64,000 nt of DNA from positions 3,664 to 67,663 of the forward strand of contig JBEGUQ010000001.1 of assembly GCA_041178805.1 (NCBI GenBank), read 5' to 3'. This DNA comes from Actinomycetota bacterium (GTDB lineage Bacteria > Actinomycetota > Actinomycetes > Actinomycetales > Microbacteriaceae). Of this stretch, positions 21,143 to 31,141 are shown piece by piece (position 1 is the first letter of the stretch; each line of letters starts with the position of its first letter). Made by a program: the position numbers and the translations under genes. Below the pieces are notes generated by a model. It saw only the letters and a list, made by a program, of their open reading frames with translations, was not told the DNA's origin and did not search any database.

Positions 21143-22221
21143 TGAAACCGCTTCGCCTGATACCTGCCAATGACACCTTTCGCGCGCTATCTAGCTGCAT
21201 CGAAATGCTTGATGGCAAGATCGCACTCTTCATAACCGAGCCTGAACTAAACGGGCTAATGCCCGAGGTAAACGGATTACCAAACGAAGTCCCAAGCGAT
21301 GTTGCACTAATTGTCGAGAGCTCAGGTTCCACCGGAACCCCTAAGCGCATCGAACTCTCTGAGAGGGCTCTTCGGGCCTCCGCTCAAGCCTCTGCGGAGA
21401 GACTCGGCGGCCAGGGACAGTGGCTATTGGCCCTACCAACCAAGTTCATCGCTGGCATAAACGTGCTTATTCGATCGGTTATTGCAGACACCCAACCGGT
21501 AATCATGAACACCCAATTGCCATTTACTGCTGATGCGTTTTTTAGGGCGGCATCTTTGATGACCGAGGCCAAGCGCTTTACCTCTTTGGTTCCGGCTCAG
21601 CTTGCAAGACTGCTCGATGCAGTGAAAACCGACTCCTATTCGCTCTCGCTACTTCGTCGCTTTGATGCGATTTTGGTCGGCGGACAAATGCCAGATCAGT
21701 CAGTCGTCGAGCAGCTGCGAGCGTTAGGCGTGAACATCGTCATTTCTTATGGCATGAGTGAAACCTCGGGCGGCTGCGCGTATGACTCCGTTCCACTATC
21801 TGGAGTATCGGTAAACATTCGCGACGGACGGATTGCCATCTCAGGTGCGGTCTTGGCCAATGGCTTGCCAGAAGAGTTTCTAACCAGCGACCTAGGTGAG
21901 ATGCATGACGGCAAGCTCTATGTCACTGGCCGTGCGGACCGCGTAATCATCTCCGGAGGTCACAAGGTAGCGCTTGAGGCCATCGAGGCAAGGGCTTCGG
22001 AGATTGCTGGAGTCAAAGAGGTTGCAGCAGCAGCTATTGCAACCAGCTGGGGAGAGTCTGTCGGTCTGGTCTATGTTGGCGAGCCAGAGGTTGACTTCGC
22101 TGTCTTGGAGGAGCTCTCAGTAGCTGCCAAGCCACATCGAGTGCTATTGGTTCCTGAGCTTCCAAGGCTGGTAAGTGGCAAAGCCGACCTTGTGGCAATT
22201 GCAAAGCTCTTGAGCGAATAG
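21142..22221 (+). CDS. menE: o-succinylbenzoate--CoA ligase (short form)
   Basis: SSGSTGTPK, YGMSET, DLG...GRAD; within the men cluster. Confidence 0.88.
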   Translation: MKPLRLIPANDTFRALSSCIEMLDGKIALFITEPELNGLMPEVNGLPNEVPSDVALIVESSGSTGTPKRIELSERALRASAQASAERLGGQGQWLLALPTKFIAGINVLIRSVIADTQPVIMNTQLPFTADAFFRAASLMTEAKRFTSLVPAQLARLLDAVKTDSYSLSLLRRFDAILVGGQMPDQSVVEQLRALGVNIVISYGMSETSGGCAYDSVPLSGVSVNIRDGRIAISGAVLANGLPEEFLTSDLGEMHDGKLYVTGRADRVIISGGHKVALEAIEARASEIAGVKEVAAAAIATSWGESVGLVYVGEPEVDFAVLEELSVAAKPHRVLLVPELPRLVSGKADLVAIAKLLSE

Positions 22222-22233
22222 CATTTGTGGGTT

Positions 22234-23109
22234 ATGTCGATTAAAAACTGGATCACTGGAGCAAGGGTTAGAACCCTGCCACTTGCCGTAGCACCAATCG
22301 TGCTCGGTTCTGCAAGTGCAGACCTGGTTGATCGTTTTGATCCGTTACTTGCCATTTTGGCACTGCTAGTTGCTCTGCTATTGCAGATTGGCGTGAACTA
22401 CGCGAATGACTACTCGGACGGTATTCGTGGCACAGACGCCAATCGAGTTGGACCACTTCGCCTAACCGGTTCCGGATTGGTTCGGCCACAAGTTGTGAAA
22501 TTTGCCGCGGCGCTCACCTTCGGTTTGGCTGCTCTTGCTGGTCTTGCCATTGTTTTGCTAACCGGGCAGTGGTGGCTAATTGCAGTCGGACTTATTTGCA
22601 TTGTTGCCGCCTGGTATTACACCGGAGGCAAGTCGCCCTATGGCTATGCCGGTCTTGGCGAAATTGCGGTCTTTGTTTTCTTTGGCCTGATTGCCACGGT
22701 TGGCACCGCCTACATTCAAATCCTTGAAGTGGACCCGATGGCGATTTTGCTCGGTATTAACTTCGGTTTCTATGCCACGGCTGTCTTGCTGGTGAACAAC
22801 ATTCGCGACGTGGAGACCGATCGCCAGAGTGGGAAGAACACCCTCTCGGTTCGCATCGGAGTTCGCGCATCAAAGGTGCTCTTTGGGGCGCTTTTGGTTT
22901 TGCCGGTGATTTTCAATCTGTTTTTGGCCGCCATCTACCCGGCAACGATTATTGGCCTTGCCAACCTGATGCTGGTGTTCCCGGCCTTTTTGGCGGGAGT
23001 CAAGGGTAAGAATGCGAAGGATTACATTTCTGCGCTGAAGCTAACTAGCTTCGCGGGGCTAGGTTTTGGGCTACTTGTCGGCCTCGGGCTTTTTGTTGTT
23101 TCGCTCTGA
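22234..23109 (+). CDS. menA: 1,4-dihydroxy-2-naphthoate polyprenyltransferase
   Basis: GARVRTLPL, NYANDYSD, NNIRDVETD...GKNTL. Confidence 0.95.
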   Translation: MSIKNWITGARVRTLPLAVAPIVLGSASADLVDRFDPLLAILALLVALLLQIGVNYANDYSDGIRGTDANRVGPLRLTGSGLVRPQVVKFAAALTFGLAALAGLAIVLLTGQWWLIAVGLICIVAAWYYTGGKSPYGYAGLGEIAVFVFFGLIATVGTAYIQILEVDPMAILLGINFGFYATAVLLVNNIRDVETDRQSGKNTLSVRIGVRASKVLFGALLVLPVIFNLFLAAIYPATIIGLANLMLVFPAFLAGVKGKNAKDYISALKLTSFAGLGFGLLVGLGLFVVSL

Positions 23110-23364
23110 GTCCAGAACTTCATTCTCGAGATCACTCTCGTCGTCCTGGTAGCTGCCGCTCGCATCACGCGAGAGCTTCTTTGCAACCGAGGCACTTAGG
23201 GCATCGCGCTGTTTATCTAAAAACATAAGTGAGAGCGCGAAGGAAATAGCTGCTGCAAAAACTGTCGAAGCCAGCGCGCCAAATTCCAAGAGCATGAACA
23301 CAGCGAAAATGCCGAAGAACATGCCCAATCGGAGCAGGGTGTAGGCAAGCCAAGGGTTCTTCAC
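23071..23364 (-). CDS. DUF4229-like membrane protein
   Basis: YTLLRLG plus two TM segments; conserved men-cluster neighbour. Confidence 0.75.
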   Translation of the reverse strand: MKNPWLAYTLLRLGMFFGIFAVFMLLEFGALASTVFAAAISFALSLMFLDKQRDALSASVAKKLSRDASGSYQDDESDLENEVLDSERNNKKPEADK

Positions 23365-23403
23365 GGTTACAAGTCTAAGCGAGTCTGAATTAGGGTTGAT
23401 GGT

Positions 23404-23703
23404 ATGACAAGACTGGCAGTTGCCTCGATCGCCTTTTTGGTGATCTTTACGGTTTTCACCACCGTCTTTGCCGCAGCGGCAAACAAGAGCGAAGTTAGGC
23501 TTTTGCCTAAGTGGGTGTGGGTGCTTTTGTGTGTTGCGGTGCCATTCTTCGGCGGTCTTTTGTACCTAATGGTTGGAAGGCCTTTGGGTAAAGGGCCTCA
23601 GGGCGGTCAAAAGAACAAGCGTTTCGTCGCACCTGACGATGATCCAAACTTCCTTCGCGATCTGCAGCGCAAGCTAAAGAAAGACGAAGACGACCAGAAG
23701 TGA
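23404..23703 (+). CDS. PLDc N-terminal domain-like membrane protein
   Basis: LPKWVW...PFFGGLLY...APDDDPNFL. Confidence 0.8.
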   Translation: MTRLAVASIAFLVIFTVFTTVFAAAANKSEVRLLPKWVWVLLCVAVPFFGGLLYLMVGRPLGKGPQGGQKNKRFVAPDDDPNFLRDLQRKLKKDEDDQK

Positions 23704-25211
23704 CAAACCCAAGCTCCCAATCATTCGCAGCTGAGCTATTGGCGACTCTGGTCGCATCTGGTGCAAAGCACCTCTACCTCGCTCCGGGAGCAAGATCACA
23801 GGCCCTGGCAATAGCTGCTGATCAACTGGCAGCAAAGAATCTTGCCGACCTAACCATTCGCCTTGATGAGAGATCGATGGGTTTTGTTGCTCTGGGTCGG
23901 GCCATGGCAACCGGTCAGCCTTCGGTTGTGATCACCACCAGTGGCACGGCGGTTGCGAATCTGCACCCAGCAGTGCTTGAGGCTCACCACAGCGGCGTGC
24001 CGATGATTTTGCTTACAGCAGACCGACCAGCTCGTTTGCGTGGCAAGGGAGCTAACCAGACCACCAACCAGGTCGGCATCTTCTCCGATGCGGTTATTCG
24101 GTGCATCGATGTGAGCGTTCCAGAACTTGAAGAGTTTGATCCAAGGGCATTGGCTATTGAAGCCATTGAGCTTGCTACCGGAGAGAATCCGGGTCCAGTT
24201 CAACTAAACCTGCAATTCCAAGAGCCGCTAAGTGACCTGACTCCGAACGCTGGCGAAATCGCAGTGGGGGAGATCTCACTACATCCACTAACTTCAGAAA
24301 CCTCAGCCCTTGAGGTGGTTGTCTCAAACCGAGCGGTCGTGGTTGCAGGTGCTGGGGCAGGACCTAAAGCCGTCGCGTTCGCAACCGCAGCAAACCTGCC
24401 ACTTTTGGCAGAGCCGACCTCCGGCGCTCGCTACTCAGAGCGAGCCGTTATCGACTACATCGGCGCACTAAATGGTGAACTTGGGCAAACGGTTGATCAG
24501 GTGTTTGTATTTGGAAAGCCAACGCTTTCAAGGCCAATCCAACGCCTGATTGCTAACTCCAAGGTCTGGGTGGCTGTGAGTAAAACCCACGGTCACTTCG
24601 ACCCAAGTGGAAATGCATTGGGCTATGCCGATGAGCTAATCCCACTTGGAAGTGCTGAGCAATCTTGGGTCGATGCTTGGCAGAGGCAAGACGTTTTTGT
24701 TTCAAAGCGAGGGGAACTTGCTAAGGCGGTTTGGGATGCAACAGAGCCAAACCAGCAGCTACTTTTTGGAGCATCGCAGATTATTCGTGAGGCTGACCGA
24801 GTGTTACCAGCCAAAGAGCTCTCGGTATTTGCCAATCGCGGGCTAGCCGGTATCGACGGCACAGTTTCGACAGCAATTGGACTTGCTCAAAACGGCGAGA
24901 AGACCAGAGTGCTACTGGGCGATCTCACGCTGCTACACGATGCCAGTGGGCTAAACGTCTCTGGTATTAGCGGTTTGGATATTCAGGTGATTGTTGGCAA
25001 TGATCACGGTGGTGAGATTTTCAAGAAACTTGAAGTAGCTCAGCTGTTGCCAGAGAGCACTTTGGAGAGGCTCTTCCTAACCCCGCAGAATGTGGACCTC
25101 AAGGGTTTGGCAGCAGCTTATGGCTGGGGGTATTTTGCAGTGAGCTCTATCGAGGAGCTCAGTGAAGTGATGCAGCGCTCAGGGCTGCTGCTGATCGACT
25201 ACCAGCTTTAG
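23700..25211 (+). CDS. menD: SEPHCHC synthase
   Basis: PGARS, DERS, TTSGTAVANL, NRGLAGIDG, GDLTLLHD. Confidence 0.96.
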   Translation: MTNPSSQSFAAELLATLVASGAKHLYLAPGARSQALAIAADQLAAKNLADLTIRLDERSMGFVALGRAMATGQPSVVITTSGTAVANLHPAVLEAHHSGVPMILLTADRPARLRGKGANQTTNQVGIFSDAVIRCIDVSVPELEEFDPRALAIEAIELATGENPGPVQLNLQFQEPLSDLTPNAGEIAVGEISLHPLTSETSALEVVVSNRAVVVAGAGAGPKAVAFATAANLPLLAEPTSGARYSERAVIDYIGALNGELGQTVDQVFVFGKPTLSRPIQRLIANSKVWVAVSKTHGHFDPSGNALGYADELIPLGSAEQSWVDAWQRQDVFVSKRGELAKAVWDATEPNQQLLFGASQIIREADRVLPAKELSVFANRGLAGIDGTVSTAIGLAQNGEKTRVLLGDLTLLHDASGLNVSGISGLDIQVIVGNDHGGEIFKKLEVAQLLPESTLERLFLTPQNVDLKGLAAAYGWGYFAVSSIEELSEVMQRSGLLLIDYQL

Positions 25212-26398
25212 TTTTCGAAGGCGTAGCGAACTGCGCGGAACTTCAACTCGGTTTCCGCAAGCTCGGCTTGAGGGTCAGACTCGGCAACAATTCCGCAGCC
25301 GGCAATTGCTCTCACAACTACCTTGTCCTCAGAAGTCTCAATGATTCCGCCGCGTAATGCGATGGCAAGTTCCCCTGAACCATCCGCTGAAACCCAGCCC
25401 ACCGGTCCCGCATAGCCACCGCGGTCATAGGGTTCTAATTCTTCGATTACGGAGATCGCAAGTTCACGGGGAGTGCCGGCAACCGCTGCGGTCGGGTGCA
25501 GTCTTGCGATTACATCTAGCAGGCTGGTTGCAGGCTTGAGTTTTCCTCGAACATCGGTTGCGAGGTGCCAAAGATCCGGAAGGGCTAGCGAGAACGGCTG
25601 AGCATCGGCCTCAACCCAGTCGCAAAATGGTTCTAGTTCCGAGACCATCGACTGCACGGCATAGCTGTGCTCGTGATTGTTCTTGATCGAGTGCGAGAGG
25701 CCATCAGCAATCGCACGATCGACATCCGGGTCGGTTCCGCGTCCTGCGGTACCTGCCAGCACTCGTGCCGAAACCTCACCGCGCTCTGCACGAAGCAGTA
25801 GCTCAGGTGATGCGCCAAAGACGCCCTCAACCTTGTAGGTCCAGCAATCTGGGTAGCGAGAGCGCAGCCTCGCAAGTGGGGTGGTCAAATCAGGCTGTGA
25901 ATCTAAAACCATCTCCAGGTCTCGGGAGAGCACTACCTTCTTCAGATCGCTCTGCTGGATTTTGGCAATTGCCTCAGTAACCGCTGCCTCAAACCCTGTG
26001 GCGCTTAGTCGACCAGTGTGGAACTGAGTTGGGGCTGAGGTCTTGGCCGGGGGCACATCTTCACCCTCGACTTCGATGACAAAGCTGGCTTCTGGGCGAA
26101 TTACGTAAAGCCTTCGTGGGACAATCAAAACGCTCTCGGTTTTAGAGTTCTCCGAAAAGCTGATTGAGCTAAATGCCACCAGCGAGCTACCTGGGAGTTT
26201 CACGTTGTCTTGGATTTCTGCTTCGGCACACACCTCGCGCCACTTTGCGGCCAGGGTAGAAATGCGCTCTGGGCCGATGGCTGAAAGCCTTAGGGCAGTT
26301 CCCTGACCCACCAAAGTTTGGTTGCTTCTGGCAAAAAGGAAGTCACCCGTTGGGATGCTGGCCAGCTCAATTAGACGTGACGTCACCTTGAGCGGCAT
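25208..26398 (-). CDS. menF: Isochorismate synthase
   Basis: KVVLSR, GASPELL, LAGT, HPTAAVAGTP, YAGPVGW, AGCGIV. Confidence 0.92.
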   Translation of the reverse strand: MPLKVTSRLIELASIPTGDFLFARSNQTLVGQGTALRLSAIGPERISTLAAKWREVCAEAEIQDNVKLPGSSLVAFSSISFSENSKTESVLIVPRRLYVIRPEASFVIEVEGEDVPPAKTSAPTQFHTGRLSATGFEAAVTEAIAKIQQSDLKKVVLSRDLEMVLDSQPDLTTPLARLRSRYPDCWTYKVEGVFGASPELLLRAERGEVSARVLAGTAGRGTDPDVDRAIADGLSHSIKNNHEHSYAVQSMVSELEPFCDWVEADAQPFSLALPDLWHLATDVRGKLKPATSLLDVIARLHPTAAVAGTPRELAISVIEELEPYDRGGYAGPVGWVSADGSGELAIALRGGIIETSEDKVVVRAIAGCGIVAESDPQAELAETELKFRAVRYAFEN

Positions 26399-26497
26399 TG
26401 TGGTCCTTTGCTAAGAGTTGGCTGTGAGCATCAGCGAAAGCTGGGGTAGAACACGAGCACTATCTATTCTTGAGATTAAGTCTAGGTGAGGAGTCCA

Positions 26498-26806
26498 ATG
26501 CGAAAAGCTGTCGCGGTATTCCTCGCACTCCCGATGATCCTGTCTCCACTAGCCGCCTTTGCCGATGAATACGGCGATGAGTCAGAGTCTCAGGAGCAAG
26601 TAATTGGCCCCCAGGTTCATAGCCCGGAGGGCAGCGCACCAAAGTCTGAGCCGATCAACGTCTCCGAAATTGTGATCACGAGGCAAACTCCAGCGGACAC
26701 ATTTGTGTTGGCAACCACACCTTTGGTGTTGGCATTGGGAGTTGGATCGATCGGCTTAGTGATTTACACCTTCGCTCGGGGTTCCAAGCGCGAGGATAAA
26801 GATTAG
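26498..26806 (+). CDS. Small exported protein with C-terminal TM anchor
   Basis: Signal peptide ending AFA, acidic linker, C-terminal TM and charged tail; GAGGAG SD. Confidence 0.7.
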   Translation: MRKAVAVFLALPMILSPLAAFADEYGDESESQEQVIGPQVHSPEGSAPKSEPINVSEIVITRQTPADTFVLATTPLVLALGVGSIGLVIYTFARGSKREDKD

Positions 26807-26815
26807 ACTCTACGG

Positions 26816-27505
26816 GTGAGCAAGGCTGATCTTTCCAAACAACCGCAAGCCGTATCGGCGATGTTTGATTCAGTCGCAGATTCTTACGACAAAACCAATG
26901 ACCTACTTTCCTTCGGGCAATCCCGCCTTTGGCGCGGCAAGGTTGCCAAGGCGGTAAACGCCAAATCTGGCGAACAGGTTCTGGATATCGCAGCCGGCAC
27001 CGGCACCAGCTCAATGGCATTTCTATCCGACGGCGTTCGCGTTGTAGCAGCTGATTTCTCAAAAGGCATGCTCGAGGTTGGCAAAAAGAAGTATCCAAAG
27101 CTGGAGTTTGTTTTTGCAGACGCCATGAAGCTTCCTTTCCAAGACGCCGAGTTTGATGTCGTAACCATGAGCTTTGGATTGCGCAATGTCCAGGACCACA
27201 AGGTGGCTTTGGGCGAATTCCTAAGAGTGCTAAAGCCGGGCGGACGTTTGGTTATCTGCGAGTTCTCTCACGTTCCAGGCCCATTTGGCGCTCTGTACCG
27301 CTTTTACCTAAAGAACTTCTTGCCAAAGATCTCGGGTCTTTTCTCTAAGAGCCCAGAGGCTTACGACTACCTATCCGACTCCATCCAGGCATGGCCTAAG
27401 CAGAAGGAGTTGGCTCAGGACATTGCAAATGTTGGCTTCAGTGAGGTTGGTTACCAGAACCTCTCGCTCGGCATTGTCGCTATTCACAAGGCGGTGAAGC
27501 GATGA
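26816..27505 (+). CDS. menG: Demethylmenaquinone methyltransferase
   Basis: MFDSVA..YD..ND, LDIAAGTG, FGLRNV, RVLKPGG. Confidence 0.95.
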   Translation: MSKADLSKQPQAVSAMFDSVADSYDKTNDLLSFGQSRLWRGKVAKAVNAKSGEQVLDIAAGTGTSSMAFLSDGVRVVAADFSKGMLEVGKKKYPKLEFVFADAMKLPFQDAEFDVVTMSFGLRNVQDHKVALGEFLRVLKPGGRLVICEFSHVPGPFGALYRFYLKNFLPKISGLFSKSPEAYDYLSDSIQAWPKQKELAQDIANVGFSEVGYQNLSLGIVAIHKAVKR

Positions 27506-28500
27506 AGATCTCACTTCCTAGCCAGCTCAGACTGGTTTCCGACAAGGCATTGATTGCAGACCTCGAGACTCGTATGGCAATCGTTGAGAAGCGCATTGCA
27601 GAGGCAACCTCGCACACTGAGTCACTGGTCAACGACATGTCCAGTCACCTGGCGGCAGCCGGCGGCAAGCGACTACGCCCAGTGCTTACGCTTTTGACTT
27701 CTCACCTTGGTAACTCCAAGGAGGAGCAGGTGCTAGATGCTGCCGTTGTGATGGAGATCACTCACCTGGCAACTTTGTACCACGATGACGTGATGGACCA
27801 GGCCTCAAAGCGCAGGGGTGTTGACACCGCTCACATGGTTTGGGGCAACAACGTTGCCATCCTCACCGGCGACCTGCTGTTCGCCAGGGCTTCTAACATC
27901 GTCTCCGGTTTGGGAGATGAGTCTCTAAAGCTTCAGGCCAAGGTCTTTGAGCAATTGGTGCTTGGTCAGCTGCACGAGACCATTGGACCGCAGGATGGCC
28001 AAGACATCCTCGAGCACTACTACGAGGTACTGCGTGATAAGACCGGTTCGCTAATTGCACTCTCAGCACAAATCGGTGCTTTGGTCTCCGGAGCTCCTGG
28101 TGAATACCAAGAGCCGCTGAAGCAGTTTGGCGAAAGCATCGGAGTTGCCTTCCAGCTGATTGACGACATCATCGATATCCAAAGCACCAAGGACCAGTCC
28201 GGCAAGGTTGCTGGAACTGACCTCTTGGCAGGGGTTCCAACCCTTCCGGTATTGCTTTTGGCTAATCACCACGATGCGGATTCCCAAGCGCTCTTGGCAA
28301 AAATTTCGGGTGGCTTGGAAGAAGCGGACCTCAAAGACGTGTTGAGTAAATTGCGCTCTCACAAGGTAATGGCTGAGTCACTAAGTATTACCAATGGCTG
28401 GGCGGATCGGGCCAAGGCTGCCTTAGATTCACTTCCAGCTTCGAGCGTGAAGTCGGCATTGATCGCATTCGCCGACGCAGTTGTTGATCGGCAAGGTTAG
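27502..28500 (+). CDS. Polyprenyl diphosphate synthase
   Basis: GGKRLRP and DDxxD motifs (HDDVMD, IDDIID). Confidence 0.93.
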   Translation: MKISLPSQLRLVSDKALIADLETRMAIVEKRIAEATSHTESLVNDMSSHLAAAGGKRLRPVLTLLTSHLGNSKEEQVLDAAVVMEITHLATLYHDDVMDQASKRRGVDTAHMVWGNNVAILTGDLLFARASNIVSGLGDESLKLQAKVFEQLVLGQLHETIGPQDGQDILEHYYEVLRDKTGSLIALSAQIGALVSGAPGEYQEPLKQFGESIGVAFQLIDDIIDIQSTKDQSGKVAGTDLLAGVPTLPVLLLANHHDADSQALLAKISGGLEEADLKDVLSKLRSHKVMAESLSITNGWADRAKAALDSLPASSVKSALIAFADAVVDRQG

Positions 28501-28510
28501 AGGAAAGTAA

Positions 28511-29866
28511 TTGGCAAAACTACGTTTGGCAGTAATCGGGGCGGGACCAGCCGGCATTTACGCATCGGACCTAATCCTCAAGGCAGAGCGTGACTTTGAG
28601 GTTTCGATCGACCTATTTGATCTACTGCCAGCACCCTACGGTTTGGTGCGCTACGGAGTTGCTCCTGACCACCCAAGAATCAAGGGCATCATTCGCGCGC
28701 TCTACGAGGTATTAGACCGAGGCGACATTCGCTTCTTCGGAAACGTGAAGTACGGGACCGACATCACCCTCGATGACCTTAAGCAGCACTACAACGCTGT
28801 GATCTTTGCAACTGGCGCTATTCAAGATGCTGACCTAAAAATCCCGGGTGTTGAACTTGATGGTTCCTACGGTGCTGCTGATTTTGTGAACTGGTATGAC
28901 GCACACCCCGACTTCCCACGTACTTGGCCGCTAGATGCCAAGCAGATTGCGGTAATTGGAAACGGTAACGTCGCTTTGGATGTTGCTCGAATGCTAATCA
29001 AGCGTCCGGATGACCTACTTTCCACCGACATTCCAGATCACGTTTACGAGGGCCTAAAGGCATCTCCGGTGACCGATGTTCACGTATTTGGAAGACGCGG
29101 ACCAGCTCAGGTGAAGTTCAGCCCACTGGAGCTTCGCGAGGCACTTCACGTTGAAGGTGTGCAGTCGATCGTTTACGACGAGGACTTCCAATACGACGAC
29201 GGTTCTCAAGCTGCTATCGATAGCAACAACCAGGTTCGCGTGATGGTGAAGACCCTCGAGGATTTGCGAGAGAACCCACAGGCTCACGAGGATCGCAGAC
29301 TGCACCTGCACTTCTTCTCCGCTCCAGTTGAGGTTCTTGGTGAGGACGGCAAGGTTGTTGGCCTGAAGGTTCAGCGCACCAAGTTAGATGGCACCGGAAA
29401 CGTAACCCCGATCGATGAGTTTGAGACCTTCCCGATCCAGGCGGTTTACCGTGCCGTTGGATACTTTGGTTCACCGGTTGATGAGATTCCTTTTGACTCC
29501 AAGCACGGCTTGATTCAAAACAACGAGGGTCGAGTGCTAGACGGTCAAGGCCAGCAGATTCCAGGTGTTTACTGCACCGGTTGGATCAAGCGCGGACCTA
29601 TTGGCCTTATTGGCCACACCAAGGCGGACGCCATTGAGACCATCTCGCACGTCATTGCAGATAGAGCAATGTGGTGGGAGCCGGGTAAGCCTGCCGAGAC
29701 CGAGATTCTTGCAACCTTGGATTCTCGAGGCGTGAAGTATTTGGAGTGGAAAGACTGGCTAACTTTGGATGCCAAAGAGCTTGCTCTTGGTGCCCTGGAT
29801 GGTCGCGAGCGTAAGAAGCTGTTTGATCGCGAGGAGATCTCCTCGATTATTGAAGGCTCCAAGTAG
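28511..29866 (+). CDS. fprA: Ferredoxin--NADP+ reductase (FprA/adrenodoxin reductase-like)
   Basis: GAGPAG, GLVRYGVAPDH, GNGNVALD, GWIKRGP. Confidence 0.9.
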   Translation: MAKLRLAVIGAGPAGIYASDLILKAERDFEVSIDLFDLLPAPYGLVRYGVAPDHPRIKGIIRALYEVLDRGDIRFFGNVKYGTDITLDDLKQHYNAVIFATGAIQDADLKIPGVELDGSYGAADFVNWYDAHPDFPRTWPLDAKQIAVIGNGNVALDVARMLIKRPDDLLSTDIPDHVYEGLKASPVTDVHVFGRRGPAQVKFSPLELREALHVEGVQSIVYDEDFQYDDGSQAAIDSNNQVRVMVKTLEDLRENPQAHEDRRLHLHFFSAPVEVLGEDGKVVGLKVQRTKLDGTGNVTPIDEFETFPIQAVYRAVGYFGSPVDEIPFDSKHGLIQNNEGRVLDGQGQQIPGVYCTGWIKRGPIGLIGHTKADAIETISHVIADRAMWWEPGKPAETEILATLDSRGVKYLEWKDWLTLDAKELALGALDGRERKKLFDREEISSIIEGSK

Positions 29867-31138
29867 TTGGAAAAGCTTTCCGGTAAGCGTCTTCGCAAGG
29901 CACAAATTGCGATGCTTATCACCTTTACCTTCACCGGCCACATTGCACTTAGCTCGGTGGCTTGGGTTCCGGAATTCATCGATCGCCTAGGCGTCTCTTT
30001 CGCAACCTGGGGAACCATCATCGGATTTGGCGTGGTGGGTTCGATTACTCCGTTGTTCTTTGTCTCACGCCTGATTATGCGTTTTGGCCCGAGGACCTTG
30101 ATTCGCTTCGGCAACTACTTCGGTGCGGTCTTTTTAGTGCTACTGGGGCTGACGTCCAACCCAATTATCTGGTTCTTCCTAAACATGGGCTTCAACTTCT
30201 TCATGTCTATTCTCGGCGTCTCGGTGAACTCGCACTCGGTGCTGCTGCAAAAGCAGATCAAGAAGAATGTCATTGGTCGCTTCCACGCGGGATGGAGCCT
30301 AGGTGCTGTTGCAGCTGCGATGACCGGTGGTCTTTCGACGCTGTTTTTGGAACTAGAACAGTTCTTGATCATCGTTGCCATTTTGAACGTGATTGTCTTT
30401 GAGTTCGCGATGCGCTGGCTGCTTTCCCCAACCGAGGACGGCCACCTTGAAGAGCGTGCCGGAGTTGTGAAACGTAAGTTCTTCCAAGTTCCAGCCCAGT
30501 TGGTCTTGCTGGCATTTGGAATGATCGGCATCGTTTTCCCTGAGGTTGCGGTCATCGACTGGGCGGCTGTTTTTGCTCGGGATATCTTGAATGTTGAGCT
30601 AGCGCTCCGATCGCTACCGTTTGCGGCCTTTATGGTCGGCATGATAATTGGACGCTTGTCTATGTCTAGGTTGGCTGAGAAATATCACCCGAACCTGATT
30701 GCATCCAGGGGTGCCTTTTTGGCGGCAGGAGTATTGGCGCTTGCGGCAATCTTTGCTCCGATATTGGCCAACAACTCCAGCAGTTTGGCGCTCGGTGTGA
30801 CGATGGTGCTTTGGCTAATTGCTGGCCTTGGACTGTCTCCAGGCGCACCGACCTTTATGTCTGCCGCAGGTCATATCCCAGGAGTATCAACTGCCTGGGC
30901 GGTATCAAGGCTGTCGCTGATGAGCTCGACGCTGCAGGTTATGTCAAAGACTTTGATGGGTGCTTTGGCGGAGGGTGTTGGCTTATCCCTAGCGTTCTTC
31001 TTCCCGGTTACTCTTGCGATCATTTCCGGCTTGATTGCTCACCAGTTTGCGCAGAAGGCAAAGCAGGCCGATCTTGATTCGGTTGCCCCACCAACCTCAC
31101 CGATGCCGATTATCGTCATCGAGGAAGAGCGCAGGTAA
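29867..31138 (+). CDS. MFS transporter
   Basis: About 12 TM helices; FHAGWSLG and DWAAVF motifs. Confidence 0.88.
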   Translation: MEKLSGKRLRKAQIAMLITFTFTGHIALSSVAWVPEFIDRLGVSFATWGTIIGFGVVGSITPLFFVSRLIMRFGPRTLIRFGNYFGAVFLVLLGLTSNPIIWFFLNMGFNFFMSILGVSVNSHSVLLQKQIKKNVIGRFHAGWSLGAVAAAMTGGLSTLFLELEQFLIIVAILNVIVFEFAMRWLLSPTEDGHLEERAGVVKRKFFQVPAQLVLLAFGMIGIVFPEVAVIDWAAVFARDILNVELALRSLPFAAFMVGMIIGRLSMSRLAEKYHPNLIASRGAFLAAGVLALAAIFAPILANNSSSLALGVTMVLWLIAGLGLSPGAPTFMSAAGHIPGVSTAWAVSRLSLMSSTLQVMSKTLMGALAEGVGLSLAFFFPVTLAIISGLIAHQFAQKAKQADLDSVAPPTSPMPIIVIEEERR

Positions 31139-31141
31139 TCG

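Noticed and set aside
26400-26485. Known riboswitch (SAM, TPP) around the GAAA tetraloop
   Set aside because: Conserved core sequences are not present
19266-27505. No menH in the men cluster
   Set aside because: Commonly absent or unlinked in actinobacteria; cannot be judged from one window
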